Shown: positions 49,714-63,589 of the stretch, one piece after another
How the letters are laid out: each line of letters begins with the position of its first letter
Position numbering within the stretch: the stretch's first letter is position 1
Source: Octopus bimaculoides
Taxonomy: Eukaryota
Direction of reading: 5' to 3'
DNA: 64,000 nucleotides
Assembly: GCF_001194135.2 (NCBI RefSeq)
Contig: NC_068994.1
Coordinates: 17,362,183-17,426,182 of the forward strand
Notes under the pieces: model-generated
What the model saw: the letters and a program-made list of their open reading frames with translations, nothing else
Told to the model about the DNA's origin: nothing
Database searches by the model: none
Translations under genes and position numbers: made by a program

Positions 49714-50179
49714 CGAGGGGGCCAACCAAAAGAAACCAGAATTTTGCAATATTATTTTATTCACTTAGTTTTATATGTTTGTACTTTTATCATCTTCAAA
49801 GTATTCTCCATTTGAAGCAATGGATCGGCCCAAACGTGTTTCCCATTGTTCGAAGCAGTGCTGGAACTCTTGCAAAATGATGCCTTTTAACACTTTCGCA
49901 TCTGCAAATTCCATAGCACCAGCTTTCATCACCAGTGATGACCTTTACTCTTTTACTCTTTTACTTGTTTCAGTCATTTGACTGCGGCCATGCTGGAGCA
50001 CCGCCTTTAGTCAAGCAAATCGACCCCAGGACTTATTCTTTGGAAGCCTGGTACTTATTCTATCAGTCTCTTTTGCCGAACCGCTAGGTTACGGGGACAT
50101 AAACACACCACCATCGGTTGTCAAGCTATGTTGGGGGGGACAAACACAGACATACAAACATATACACACACATACATAT

Positions 50180-50215
<36 letters not shown>

Positions 50216-51324
50216 GTTTAACGTCCGCTTTCCATGCTAGCATGGGTTGGACGATTTGACTGAGGACTGGTGAAACCGGATGGCAACACCANNNNNNNNN
50301 NNNNNNNNNNNNNNNNNNNNNNNNNNNNNNNNNNNNNNNNNNNNNNNNNNNNNNNNNNNNNNNNNNNNNNNNNNNNNNNNNNNNNNNNNNNNNNNNNNNN
50401 NNNNNNNNNNNNNNNNNNNNNNNNNNNNNNNNNNNNNNNNNNNNNNNNNNNNNNNNNNNNNNNNNNNNNNNNNNNNNNNNNNNNNNNNNNNNNNNNNNNN
50501 NNNNNNNNNNNNNNNNNNNNNNNNNNNNNNNNNNNNNNNNNNNCTACCAAATCCACTCACAAGGCTTTGGTCGGCCCGAGGCTATAGTAGAAGACACTTG
50601 CCCAAGGTGCCACGCAGTGGGAATGAACCCGGAACCATGTGGTTGGTAAGCAAGCTACTTACCACACAGCCACTCCTGCGCCTTTGAAAGAAAAGATCCA
50701 AATCAATTTCCAACTGTTGTCTTAGTTCACGACACACATTCAGTTGTGACAGCTTTTGATCTTCCTTGAGCAAGTGAGACACAAATTTTGCTGCAACTCT
50801 TTTCATTCACAATTCTTTGCCCAAAATTTATTGGCTGGAGCTCCAGGACACACCAGTCATATCAACAAGTTTGTCAACTGTTCAGTGATGGTCCTCCAAT
50901 ATCAGTTCATGAATTTTCATAAGGTTTTCATTTGTTCAGGAGGTTGATGGATGCCCTGAACAAAGTTGGTCTTCAATCGACAAGCGACCTTTCCTAAAGC
51001 ATGAAAACCACTCGTAAACTCATGTTTTGTTCATGGCACAGTGTCTTGTAAGTTGTTTGAAGCATGACAATTGTTTCAGCCACTGTTTTCCCCAGCAGAA
51101 AACAGAATTTCATGTAAGCATGTTGTTCCTTTGTTTCAGCCATTACAAAAATTGACGAACAGGGGAGAGGCACTGCAAAACAAAGATGCACCGTGTGGCA
51201 GTACAACTTCACTCAACAATGCCAGTCGGCATAATGATGCCTGAGGGTCACATCAAGTGACTTCTAGCGGTGGAAGCCTGAACTACAATGGAGAACATTT
51301 CCAGTTACTTTGGGTACCTCCTTG
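49714..51324 (-). mobile_element. Internally deleted mariner element with nested SINEs
   Basis: Degenerate TIRs flanked by TA (49712-13 and 51325-26). Remnants EQHAYMKFCFLLGKT, MKRVAAKFVSHLL...EIDLD, KVITGDESWCYG fused directly to FQHCFEQWETRLGRSIASNGEYFEDD. SINE A at 49947-50680 is flanked by CCTTT. Confidence 0.88.
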
Positions 51325-54175
51325 TATAGAGTATATATAATATGTACACAAGGATGCATGCACTACTGAATCTCTGTAAACTGATACATATTTCATACCC
51401 ATTCTCCATACTAATTTTCTCTGATGTTACTCATTGACACATTTATTCATCAAATGAATTACGTACAATACTTTAATGTAAAAAGACTAGCATGGCTGTG
51501 TGGTTAGGAAGTTTGGGCTTTGGTCCTCCTGCATGGTACCTTGGTTAAGTGTTTTCTACTGTAGACCTTGACCAACTGATGCCTTATGAGTAAATTTGAG
51601 AAATGAAAACTGCAGGAAGTCTGTGAATGTTAATATTACATGCTTGTCACCACTTGAGAGAAATAGTGATGATGTTGACATTTGTTGTTGATCAGAGAGG
51701 TTGGCTCTTTTTGGTGAATAGTATGCATGGTAACATCCTTCTAAAGGTTCGAATGGATCTTTGTAGAGAGAAAAAGCTTGTAGACTTTGGCCAGGATAAG
51801 TGCCAGCTCTGGGTTGCTTTATTTATGATATGAACACCATCATGACTAGTTCCTTTGCTGGATTAGCACGATCAGAGATATTTTTTGTATTTTGTGACCA
51901 TAAGTACATTGTATGAGATTGACAGAGTGGAAAAAGAGGACTTGGAAGGATGTTTGATTAACTGCAGTGTGACCATGTGAGCAGCACTTCTGGTAACTTT
52001 CTGTGTGAAAGCAGCTTACAGAATCCTTTAAGCTGTGGATTGACCTGTTGGAGGATTTTGAAAAGTTGGTAGAGACCGTATTAACAAGGAACTGGATTCA
52101 ATAGCTACAGCTTGGAAGGTGGAAAGTTGAGAAATATATTTGCATGTATTGCTTTGTGGTTTCCATTCTACTGTTTCATAATTTTGACCTTTGTTGGAGA
52201 AAGTTATCTCCATTAGATTAGCGTCTAGTTCAGAGAAAGATTTCTTTCTCATTTGCTTTAATGTTAATGAAAACAAACTAAACACAAGTTTTTATAGAGA
52301 TCTGATTGGTATGAAAGAAGTAAATTTAGCTTTGCTTTTGGTCTACATGGAGTGATGTATAAAGTAGCTGTTTTGTGGTTAAATATTTAAGGATAAAAAT
52401 TCAGCTTTAATATCAGTGGTTGAATATTTGACTCAGCTACCTGAGTTTGCTAAGTTATCCAGTCTATATTGAAAAAAATCTTTTTTTAGTAAAACTTATG
52501 TTGATGACAAATAAGTAAATGAATGAATGATCTAATCCACTAATGCTTAAAGCCACCTTAAATAACTTCTGATTAAGAAATTTATGTTATATCTTTTCTG
52601 ATACTCTTTTTTTAAATAAAGAACAGGTGCTGAAAATTAACTTTAAGTCCAAATTTAAATGCTATATTAGTTAGAGAAAAATATCTAACTGCTCAGCAAA
52701 ACTTATGCTGCTCTATATTATTATGCACTTCTCAGTCAACCTTGCTAAACCTCTATTACCGGACATCAAAACTAACTGTGTTAGACTAAAAGCTTATTTA
52801 TTTATTTGTTTTTTCATAAATACATTCATAAATCTAAACATAATAACTTTATCTCAAATCCTGTTTCTATACCAAAACTTTCTTTAAATACTTATGTAAG
52901 GAAATTGGCTATAATGTGCTAAAAATAGTTTTGTCCCTCTTTGTTTAATATATGTTCCTGATGCTCTTTTATCGTATTTTTATAGTTTATTTTCATATCC
53001 TTTTAACTTGTAACCTTTGAACAAAAACAGTCTGTTTTAAAATTTTGTTTTGTCTTGTGCTTGTTTGTAACTACTTTAATAAATAATATAAAAGATCTAC
53101 AGCAGCATAACTACAGCCTTTAAACCCAAACTTACAGGTTATAGTGCTAAAAATAGATGATTCTCATTGGCTATATATGTGATATGTTAGTCTAATTACA
53201 AAGAGAGGAGTTGGAATAAGTGGTACTGTGAATTGAGGAGTTTGAATACACACTGATTCTATAACATTGATCCCTTCAAAGTAATGTAGAAGACCTAGAA
53301 AAATCTAAGTTTTTTGCCTTTCTTGTTAAGACAAATAACAATGAAAGAGACCTGTCACAGAGAACAAGATTGTCTCCATTACAACTGACTTTGGCCATCC
53401 AAAACAATTACTCGAACTGTGTTCAGCCTTCAAAAAGAAAATTAAGAACATGTTATAACACTCTTCTTCTATAAACAAGATGGGGGAATTTTTACATAAG
53501 TTCTCAATCTGTTCAATATATCAACTAAATCTCCCTCAGTAAATGCTCTGCTATCTCTAAATTTTAGACTAGTTCATATTAAAGATAAAACGGTAATATC
53601 TACAAGACTAATCATACAAAGAATTTCATCATAAACTGACACACCCACTATGACTTGAAATCTGAATATTCAGGAAGCTTAATCTATAAGGTTGATATTA
53701 AACATTTTATTATTAGCCTCAGTAATGTTATCTCTATTCAACAAAACTGATGTAAAGATATATTTTCAGAATTTCTTCTAACGACAATGCTTGTGATAAG
53801 GTAATAATACTATGGGCAAGACATTAAACTGCATCTGATAATGAGGCTCCAGCTCGGAAGTTCACCATTAGTATCCACTACTCCCAGGTCTGCTCTGGCC
53901 CAGGGTGGTAATATCTATCGAGGTTGTGGGTTTAATTGTAGATGATCCTGTGGCTAAGGCATATAGGACTTGGAGGAGAGTTAGTCCACATGTGTCACTT
54001 AGGTCCACCAAGTTGTGGATGTGTCCTGGTGTCATGTGAACAATCTCTCTACCTAAGAACCAAATAGCCCTTGAGCTTCAAGAGCAAACTTGAGAAAGCA
54101 GGAGATTAGCTGGGTAAATTGTAAATAAACTGGCAAAAAGCAACAGAAAACCACTGCTGTATCTTTCCCCTAAAA

Positions 54176-54497
54176 CAGTGGTTCTTAAATGGGATCTATT
54201 TAAGACTTTTGGAGGGCCATGCAAGCAAGATAGTAAACTGGAGGTGCAAAGTAGGGTCCATGAAAAAATGTTACTTAGGATGTATTTATTAAAAAAAAAA
54301 CACCTAGTTTTTTTTTCTCTAATGTTTTACATAGTTCAGCCTACACAAGTTAATGTGTGAAAAACGGAATTGGAATTTTGAAAGAAAGGTCTATGAAATT
54401 AATTTTTGATCTTCGAGTGGTGATGGGGGAGGGGTTCCACCAGAATAAAATAGTAATCAAAGGGGTCCATGGGCAAAAAATGGTTTGAGAACCACTG
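54176..54497. mobile_element. hAT (Charlie-like) MITE, 322 bp
   Basis: TIRs CAGTGGTTCTTAAA / TTTGAGAACCACTG. Perfect 8-bp TSD CCCTAAAA at 54168-75 and 54498-505. Confidence 0.92.
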
Positions 54498-55204
54498 CCC
54501 TAAAATATTTGGATCTCATTGAAAGACATAGTGTATTGATGCCAAGTAATTCCTAAGAACAAAATAACATCATTCAATTCAGATAGGTGGGTGAGAAGGC
54601 TGGGTGTTGAGGGAAATAATGGGAGAAATCTACCTGAAACAAAATAGATGAAGTAATTCTTTGAAACAATGGATGAGGGATGAAGTCTGTGAGAATGTTG
54701 CTAAGTGGTGCTTAGAAGAGATTAATCATTATGTGTGGAATTTGAGTAGGTAAAGAAGAATTCTAACTGTAGTAGATTTATAGAAAAGGCCATTCACACC
54801 AATCAAAGCTGGAAGTGGTGGTTGTGATGGTGGTGGCAGTGGTTTGGTGAAAGCAGCAGCAGAGGTTGTTATGAGAAGACTAAAGTATGAGAGCAGCTGG
54901 TCCTTCAAGTGATATGGTGGGGAGAGCATTAAATGAACGGATCTAGATGAAGATGATCCTTCTTAATCTAGTTATGGATCATAGCAGTTGGGATTTTGAA
55001 GAATGTGTTTAATAGTCTTGGAGAATGGCATGTATGTCTCATCTGCCAGCTATTTATATATATAAAAGGTTTCTAAAGGTCACATAGACACACGCACACA
55101 CACACACACACACACACATAAGCATACCTAGAGATAGAGCATGCATATGTCCGCACTTACACATGCACTGACACTTGTTTAAACAGAGAAACCTCTGTGT
55201 AGAT

Positions 55205-55251
<47 letters not shown>

Positions 55252-55261
55252 NNNNNNNNNN

Positions 55262-55312
<51 letters not shown>

Positions 55313-58259
55313 TGTATTCAGAGACACATGTATACTGACACACATGCACTCACACACATATTCAAATATACACATATACGCAAACATGTACTTAATTACA
55401 TATATGTAGATGCATACACAATCACTCACATAATCAAGAGATGCGCACACATACACATTAACACACGCAGACACACACAATATAGATTTGTTCGGAAGGT
55501 TTCTAATGATAATGTCTTTGGATCTTTTTAATTCCAATAGACAGATACACAGACTTTCATTAATCTTTGGAAAGCAGATCTCAGAAATCAATAGAATATT
55601 ATAGTTCTAACTGAGCAAATAATCTGTTAGGAAATTTGCAGAACACTTATTCCATTTTACTAGAATATTAGATCTAAATGTAACTTCAGTGGTATTATCA
55701 TCAGCAAAGCAATAGTTAATTCCTTTTTGCTATAGTTATTTTTTTGTTATTAATAGGCACAGGTGTGGCTGTATGGTTTTAAGAAGCTTGCTTCCCAACT
55801 GTAGGGTCTTGGGTTATGTTCAATCCTACTGCATGGCACCTTGGGCAGATGTCTTCTACTATAGATTGCCCTGGGCCAATCAAAGCCTCGTGAGTAGATT
55901 TGGTTGACAGAAGCTGAATGAGGCCTATTGTGTGTGTGTATGTGTGTGTGTGTGTGTGTGAATATGTGTGTGTGTGTATCCTTGTTTAGACATCACGTGA
56001 TGGTTGTAAATGTGCATCATCATCATTATCATACAAGTAAGGTTGCTCGTTTCCAGTCTTCTGTGAAAAATGCATTTAGCTACAGAAAAATATTACCTTG
56101 TTTGGAAACCAGTGAGGGTTGGTGACAGGAGGGGTGTCCAGCTGTACAAAATCTGCCTCAACAAATTCTGTTTTTACCCAATCATAGAAAAGTGGACTTG
56201 AAATGACAACAATGACAATAACAACATAGCTGTTTTGTGTAAAAGGCAACAATAAATGGTTATGTTATTATGGTAAGGTTTCCTAGGTTACAGTGAGTTC
56301 TAGTCCTACTGCATGCATAGCCTCAGGTGGTGGTTTTTGTTGTTTAGCTTCAAGTCAGCCCTGATGATAAAAGGCATTCCAGTTGTGACCATTCCATCTT
56401 TTTCTAGGCCCTGTGCATACAAGCCATTGCCATTCACTGTGTCCTTTCTGTTTTAACCTTTTGTCTGTCTCGTATACCACATATGACACATAGGACATAT
56501 TTCCCGAACATCCATGGATCATCTATGGTACACATCCCCAATTCTTTTCAACCACCAGAGCAACTTGGGACTTATTAAAGGAAAGCTTTATATTACTCAG
56601 AATATATGAAACAAAGGCTAACTAAAAGTCTGAAAAGAAGCATAAATGTTTAGGATAGACTTATGAAAATGTTTCAGCCAGGTAAAGGGTTAGGGCAGTA
56701 GGGTCTGTGTTATTTGAAAGAGATTTCTGACAGGTTCAGTGACTATATAGAGGCTCCCTTATTCATACCTTTGGGTAAGTCACCTTGTTGAAAAACAGCT
56801 AACTATGAGACAAGGAAGTGTCGATCTGCTAGAAATGGCAGCTAAATCCTTTAAATCATATTTACGATCTTGAAATGTCAGATTGGATAGTATAGGTGAA
56901 GGCACATTTTTCATTATTATTATGGCCATAATTTGGATGTCTTTGATCATTGGGTCTGCTTGATTAAAGCTGCCTTCGGTGCAAATGACAAGAAATAGCT
57001 TAACAACCAATACTAACTCATGACAAAGTATTTAACAGTAAATGACAAAGTCATTAACAATAAAACGGTGATTTGTTTGAAATATAATTTTTCATAAATC
57101 TATAACTAAATTCACAATCATATGAAATAGTTATTGCTTAAAAGAAGAATCTAAAAAAAAAAAAATTTTTTTTTAAGTATAAAAAAGTATGCAATTAATA
57201 TATAACATTTTTCAACATCACATTTCTCTTTAAAATTCACATTCCTCTACATAAATTTCAAATATATAATGTAGAAAAACAAATATAAATTGTTTTAATT
57301 GCTTATGTGTGTATTCCTGTGTGTGTGTGGGCATGTTTGTTTAAGCATGTATGTGTGCAAGTTTAGCAGAAAACAGTAAAAGATCTTTGAACTGTAATTT
57401 ATGTATTTGTGCATTTTTAATTAATATGAATTTATATAAAATTTCTCAGTTGTTAATGTGTCTGTGAAGCGAAAAACATCATTAAAATATTTTTCAGTAC
57501 TTCAGTGATATTTTCCAATAGTTAAAAACTGTCATACCACTTACCTAAAACATTAAAAAAAAAAAAATACCTATTCATTGAATATTAAAAATTCTTGTAA
57601 TATTTACTTTTCCTTCATTCCATGTGATAATATAAATCGCACGCACGCACACACAAATAAATAGATAAGTAGAGATATTTAAATTCCTGTAGTAACTTCT
57701 GCAGTTCATATTTCCCTTCCTTGCATGTTTTTTTTTTCTTTTTTCTTATTTTCTTCTTTTTTTGTTGCATTCTTCAATACACAGTTGGTGATTTTTTTTG
57801 TGGCCTTTTCTTCAGACACACAGGCACACACTTATAGAACATTATTACTAAGTAACTATGTCTGATTGAAAGAAAACCTTGAACTAAAGCATGGTTGTGC
57901 TTGGTTATATTAACTTAAGTAACCTAATGTAATTTCGTTTCACCAGGTAATTAAGAATCTTCTGTAATTGTTCTTATGATATATTTAGCCTAAACTCAGT
58001 TCACTGTTTGTTTCTTCCACGTTGTTATTGTTAGTGGTGGTGGTCAGTTCTTAGCAGTTAGTGCCAGCAGCGACGACAAGAGGTTTCTTTTCATAAAACC
58101 TCTCATGGTGGCAGATAGGTATCCTCTGATAAAACATTAGTGCAGCCCTTCTTGGCAATGCCATGCCACTCACTGCTCTGCTCATTGTTCTGTGCAGCAT
58201 AAGCATTGAAATTACACCATCAAGAATAGCAGCGTGTTTAAAGCAGAGTGAAGAACGGA

Positions 58260-58351
58260 ATGAGCAGCAGTGAGTCTGAAATCAAAAGGGCTGTGTGTAG
58301 AAGCCTAGCTTCAGGTCTGCTAAAATTGCCTACCACTGCTTGTGCCGTAAG
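58260..58351 (+). CDS. Probable first coding exon (or uORF exon) MSSSESEIKRAVCRSLASGLLKLPTTACAV
   Basis: First ATG after an in-frame stop, context ggaATG, very strong phase-2 donor AAG|gtgagt, locally GC-richer. Confidence 0.55.
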
Positions 58352-58778
58352 GTGAGTGAGTATTATTGTTGTTGTTGTTGTTGTTGTTGTGACTGTTATT
58401 ACTCGCTGTCTTCAGTACTAGATCCACTTTTAACTTTTTTTCAATTCATTCAGATATTTTCTTTTCACCACAGGCTTCCTTGCATTTATTTATTTACTAT
58501 TTTGCACACTTAGTTAATAGAACTATATCAGTCGTTCTACAATTTACCAAACTTACAAATGTATGAAAAGCATGTGATACTAAGTAATAAAACTACTACT
58601 ACTACTATAAATAATAATTATAATTTTGGCTTGAGGTCAGCAATTTTGAGGGGAGGGTGTCAACACAATTACATCGATCCCAGCACCTAAATGGTACTTT
58701 CTTTGAATGACTTCGAAAGGATGAAAAGCAAAGCTGATCTCAGTGGGATTTGAAGTTAGAACATAAAGAGCTGGAGGA

Positions 58779-58809
<31 letters not shown>

Positions 58810-59390
58810 GTGGTTTTAAATTTTGCTGCATGGTCAGTAAGTTTTTTTTTTTATGCAAGGGGTTAAGTCGATTACATTGACTCTAATGATCAACTTAATA
58901 ATAATAAGAAGAAGAAGAAGAATCCTTTCTGCTATAGGCACAAGAGCTGAAATTTTGGGGGAGGGGCCAGGTCGATTACATTGGCCCCAGTGCTCAAAGT
59001 AGTACTTGTTTCATCAACTCCGAAAGGATGAAAGGCAAAGTTAGCTTCAGTGGCATTTGAACTCAGAACATAAAGCCGGAAAAAATGCCGCTAGGCTGAC
59101 CAGCAATAATAATAATATCAATAATGATTACTATATTTGCTGCTTGAGAAGAAAAAGGTTACAGATACAAAAATAATCATATAAAATAGTGTAGTAGTTT
59201 ACAATAATTGTGTGTGTGTGTGTGTGTGTGTGTGCATGAAGTAAATATATTTGTTTATACTGAAAGATAAAGTAAACAGTGAGGATAGTTATAATAGAAC
59301 AAGGCCGCAGAAATAAGAGAAGGCAAAAATATTCATAATTTATAAAAAAAAAACTTTGCTATTAGGTAGGTAGTGCAAAGACTTATAGAA

Positions 59391-59423
<33 letters not shown>

Positions 59424-62093
59424 CTCTCTCTCTTTCTCTCTCTCTCTCATGCGCTCGCATGCAGATGCATAAAGACAGGCAATTTAGAGAAACAAAACTA
59501 CTACTCTCAGTCTACTAGAATAATGGAACTTGATAAAAATCAAATTGAGATCCTGGCAAACATTAACACTTGTACATTACTGCTGAAGATAACAACAATA
59601 ATAAAATTGATGATGATGATGATGACGACAATGATAAAAAATAATTTAAGAGGGGGCAAAGTTTGGATATTTTCTTATAAAACAACCTCTTCAGAAATTA
59701 TTTGTTTTGGTTTTATAGAATATGATTTATCAAAAATTTGGTATTCTGATGCATTACTATAGACCCCATTAGAAATATTTTATTATATACTTATACCTGA
59801 TTTAATAGATATGTATATAAGCTTTTTCATTTTTAAGAGCTGGTAAATTCCTTTGAGAATTTGATTTAAATTATATAGAATCATTAATCGTTACATTTTC
59901 TTGTTAGTCTAGTAGTTAGTCTCATACAGTAATAGTGATTCTTCCTTTATTGGTTTCAGTTGTTTCATGGTGACCATGCTGGGGACACATGAAGGGTTTT
60001 AGTCAATTGCATCAACTCCTAGTACATATTTCAATTTGGGGCTAGTTTTATCGATCTCTGTTTGTTGGGCTGCTGAATTACAGGGCACAAAGATATATAA
60101 AATAAACAACATTGATTTTTTAGACCGGTGTAAACATAGATACACACGCACGCATATATGTCAGACTTCTGCAATTTCTGTGTACCAAATTTCAGTTGCA
60201 AGGCAGCAGTCAACCCAAGACTGTTGTAAAAGACATTTGTCTTAGGTACCATATAGTAGGAGGAAACCTAGATCCACATGGTTGTGAGGCGAACTTAAGC
60301 ACACAGCTATGTCTGCATCTCTCTCTCTGTTTTTACATTAAGGCATCTCATGTTTAAGGTTGTTTTAAATAATTCCTTATGGTTTATTGATTAGCTACAA
60401 CTAGGCATGAAGCCAACATTTTTGTTGGTGGTGGGGGGTTATAAGTTAATGAGGATTGAAGTATGTAAAGTACATGTGGCCCAAATGGAATCTGATCAGT
60501 GAAACTCTGAATTTGACATATTAAATCCCCAGTGAAAACACTTTGCTCTCTCTGTGCCAGCTTCACCTCCCTCATTTATTATAATCATTTTGGGGTTTTT
60601 TTCTCATTCTTTCCTTATTTAGAAACAAAGTTAAAAGTTAGAAGAATGTGGCTAAAATGTTCATGCTTTTCTATGGGGAATTAAATATTGTAATTTAAGT
60701 GAACTAATTTCAGCTAAAAATTAAAACTGACTTGCTAACTTAAGATTGACCAGTGTTCATTCCTTTCTTTAGGTTTTTCCATCCTATAATTATTATTATA
60801 ATAGAAAGTAAGATGGCAAGTTGGCAAGTTGGCAGAATTGTTAGCACACCAAACAAAATGCTTAGCAGCGTTTCACCCATCTTTATGTTCTGAGTTTAAA
60901 ATTCCACCAAGATTGAATTTGCCTTCCACCCTTTTGGAGTTGAAAAAAAATACCAGTTGAGTACTGGGGCTGATGTAATCAACTAGTCTTTCCCACCAAA
61001 ATTTCAGGCCTTGTGTTTATTATTATTGTTATAGAATAATATTATTCTAGAATGATGGAATAATATTATAATAATAACAGCAATGAAAAAATATTTTAAT
61101 GTATAAAGACATTTAGTTCCATGTTTTGATGTTTTTGGTTTTATAACTATAGCTGTTAAAAAGATAATGGTATAAAAAATTAAAGGATCCCTTTGTGTGT
61201 GTGTGTGTGTGTGTGAATGTTGCTAGATATTTTTTTAATAAATATTTAATATCTGACAATCTTTTATTTTGTATGTATGTGTATAAATATATATGTATTC
61301 ATATAAAACATGATTTCTTATGGGTCTAGTTTTTATGTTTAGCAATCTCTTATATATATTATGCATACATGCTTTATATGCATGTGTATGTATATATNNN
61401 NNNNNNNNNNNNNNNNNNNNNNNNNNNNNNNNNNNNNNNNNNNNNNNNNNNNNNNNNNNNNNNNNNNNNNNNNNNNNNNNNNNNNNNNNNNNNNNNNNNN
61501 NNNNNNNNNNNNNNNNNNNNNNNNNNNNNNNNNNNNNNNNNNNNNNNNNNNNNNNNNNNNNNNNNNNNNNNNNNNNNNNNNNNNNNNNNNNNNNNNNNNN
61601 NNNNNNNNNNNNNNNNNNNNNNNNNNNNNNNNNNNNNNNNNNNNNNNNNNNNNNNNNNNNNNNNNNNNNNNNNNNNNNNNNNNNNNNNNNNNNNNNNNNN
61701 NNNNNNNNNNNNNNNNNNNNNNNNNNNNNNNNNNNNNNNNNNNNNNNNNNNNNNNNNNNNNNNNNNNNNNNNNNNNNNNNNNNNNNNNNNNNNNNNNNNN
61801 NNNNNNNNNNNNNNNNNNNNNNNNNNNNNNNNNNNNNNNNNNNNNNNNNNNNNNNNNNNNNNNNNNNNNNNNNNNNNNNNNNNNNNNNNTATATATATAT
61901 ATATATATATATATTATTTGTTTGTGTATTTATACATTTGATTTTGTACCTTGTATTGAGTTCTATATTTAATAATTGCATAAAAGCAACGGTTGTTGTT
62001 TTTATATATACCCCAGATTATACATGTACAGTGTGGCATTCATGAACCAGAATATATTTCACCTATTTTTATTTTATTGTTTTTTTTCCCCAG

Positions 62094-62186
62094 TTGACTG
62101 TGTAAAAGATATTTCCTTGGTGGAATGGGTGGGGTTGTATCTGTTGCCTCAGCTAAGAACATTAGAGCTTTTATGTGTAACTTTGG
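62094..62186 (+). CDS. Probable 93-nt exon, reading frame uncertain
   Basis: Strong acceptor ttgttttttttccccag and donor TGG|gtaaga. The phase-1 frame is fully open (DCVKDISLVEWVGLYLLPQLRTLELLCVTL). The phase-2 frame reads *LCKRYFLGGMGGVVSVASAKNIRAFMCNF. Confidence 0.45.
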
Positions 62187-63589
62187 GTAAGATGGAATAG
62201 ATAGGAAATGAGGGAAATAAATGATTGCTATGTTTTTATGTTATCTTATCATGATGTTTTCTTTTGAAAATACAAGTTTATTTATTTTTGTAAATTTAGT
62301 TTTCTGCATGGTTTTATTTTAATACCTATTAACATGTATATATTGAACATAGATTTGTGAGGCAGTTTCTATTTCTTATTCCTATCTGGCCATGCAGCGT
62401 TACTGAAGTCGATGACGGTCTAACGGAGTCTATTCCCTTAGATTAGTTCACATGAAAATCTGAGGATCTAATCATTAGTTAGTCAATACTTACTATAATA
62501 GCGAAGGCTTATGGCTTATTGGTCAGGCGTATTCAGTTCAGGATCATAAAGTCTTGGATTCGATTCCTAGCAGCACATTGTGTTCTTGTGTAAGACACTT
62601 TATTTCTCATTGCTCCAGTCAACTTAGCTGGCAGAAATGAGTTAAGAACTACATTAAGGATGTATGTGTTTGTGGAGCATTCAGCCATTTAGATGTTAGT
62701 TTCAAGGGCAGACTGTTCTGTTGACTGGATCAGCAGGAACATTCATCTTCATAATTAACAGAGTTCCAGTCTTACTATAATACATGTAGTAGGGTAGCCT
62801 CATAGAAAGGTTTGCTCTGCAACTATGGACCCTTTGTACCAGAAATTACATTTAAATTTCTCTTCATAATCATTTAATTAAGCATTTAGTAAATTTCAGA
62901 CATGGTCTCTTCACCTCTGAGTAACTTATGAAGAAATGAAAAAAAAAAAAAAATGAACAAGAGGGTGTGTATGTAGTTGCTGTTATATATTGCAACCAAA
63001 TATCCCTAAACTCAGACCCAGTCATCTTCAAACATTTACAGCACACATGATCATCCTAGGCTTTCACAGTCTGTTGATGTGTTGGATTTTCAGCTTGAAT
63101 GCCTGTGGCTGTGTGATAAAAAGTTTTCTTCCCAATCATGTGGCTCCAGATTCTGTCCCACTGCATGGCCCCTTGAGCAAGTGTCTTCTACTATAGCTCC
63201 AGGCTGACCAAAACCTTCTGAGTACATTGAATAAACAGAAACTGAAAGAAGTCCATTGTGTGTGTGTGTATATGTGTGAGAATATTTTTGTGGTCATTGT
63301 CCCCTGCCACTGATTGGCAACCAGTGTTCTTTTGTTTACATCCCTGTAACCTGTAATCTGGTGGTTTAGCAAAAGAAACCAATACAATTAGTTACTGAGC
63401 TTTGAAAAATAAGTACTGAGTCAATTTGTTGAACTAAAGCTGTTCAAGGCAGTGTCCCATTATGCCTGCAATTTAGTGACCGAAACAAGTAAAAGATAAA
63501 GATATATATATATATACATATATATATATAATATGAAAATATATATATATAATATGAATACAGGAAGAATTCACAAAAAAACAAAAGAT

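Noticed and set aside
52020-52285. Minus-strand ORF with a gtaagc donor
   Set aside because: Lies in a decayed jockey/CR1-type LINE region contiguous with RT motifs at 51640-51900.
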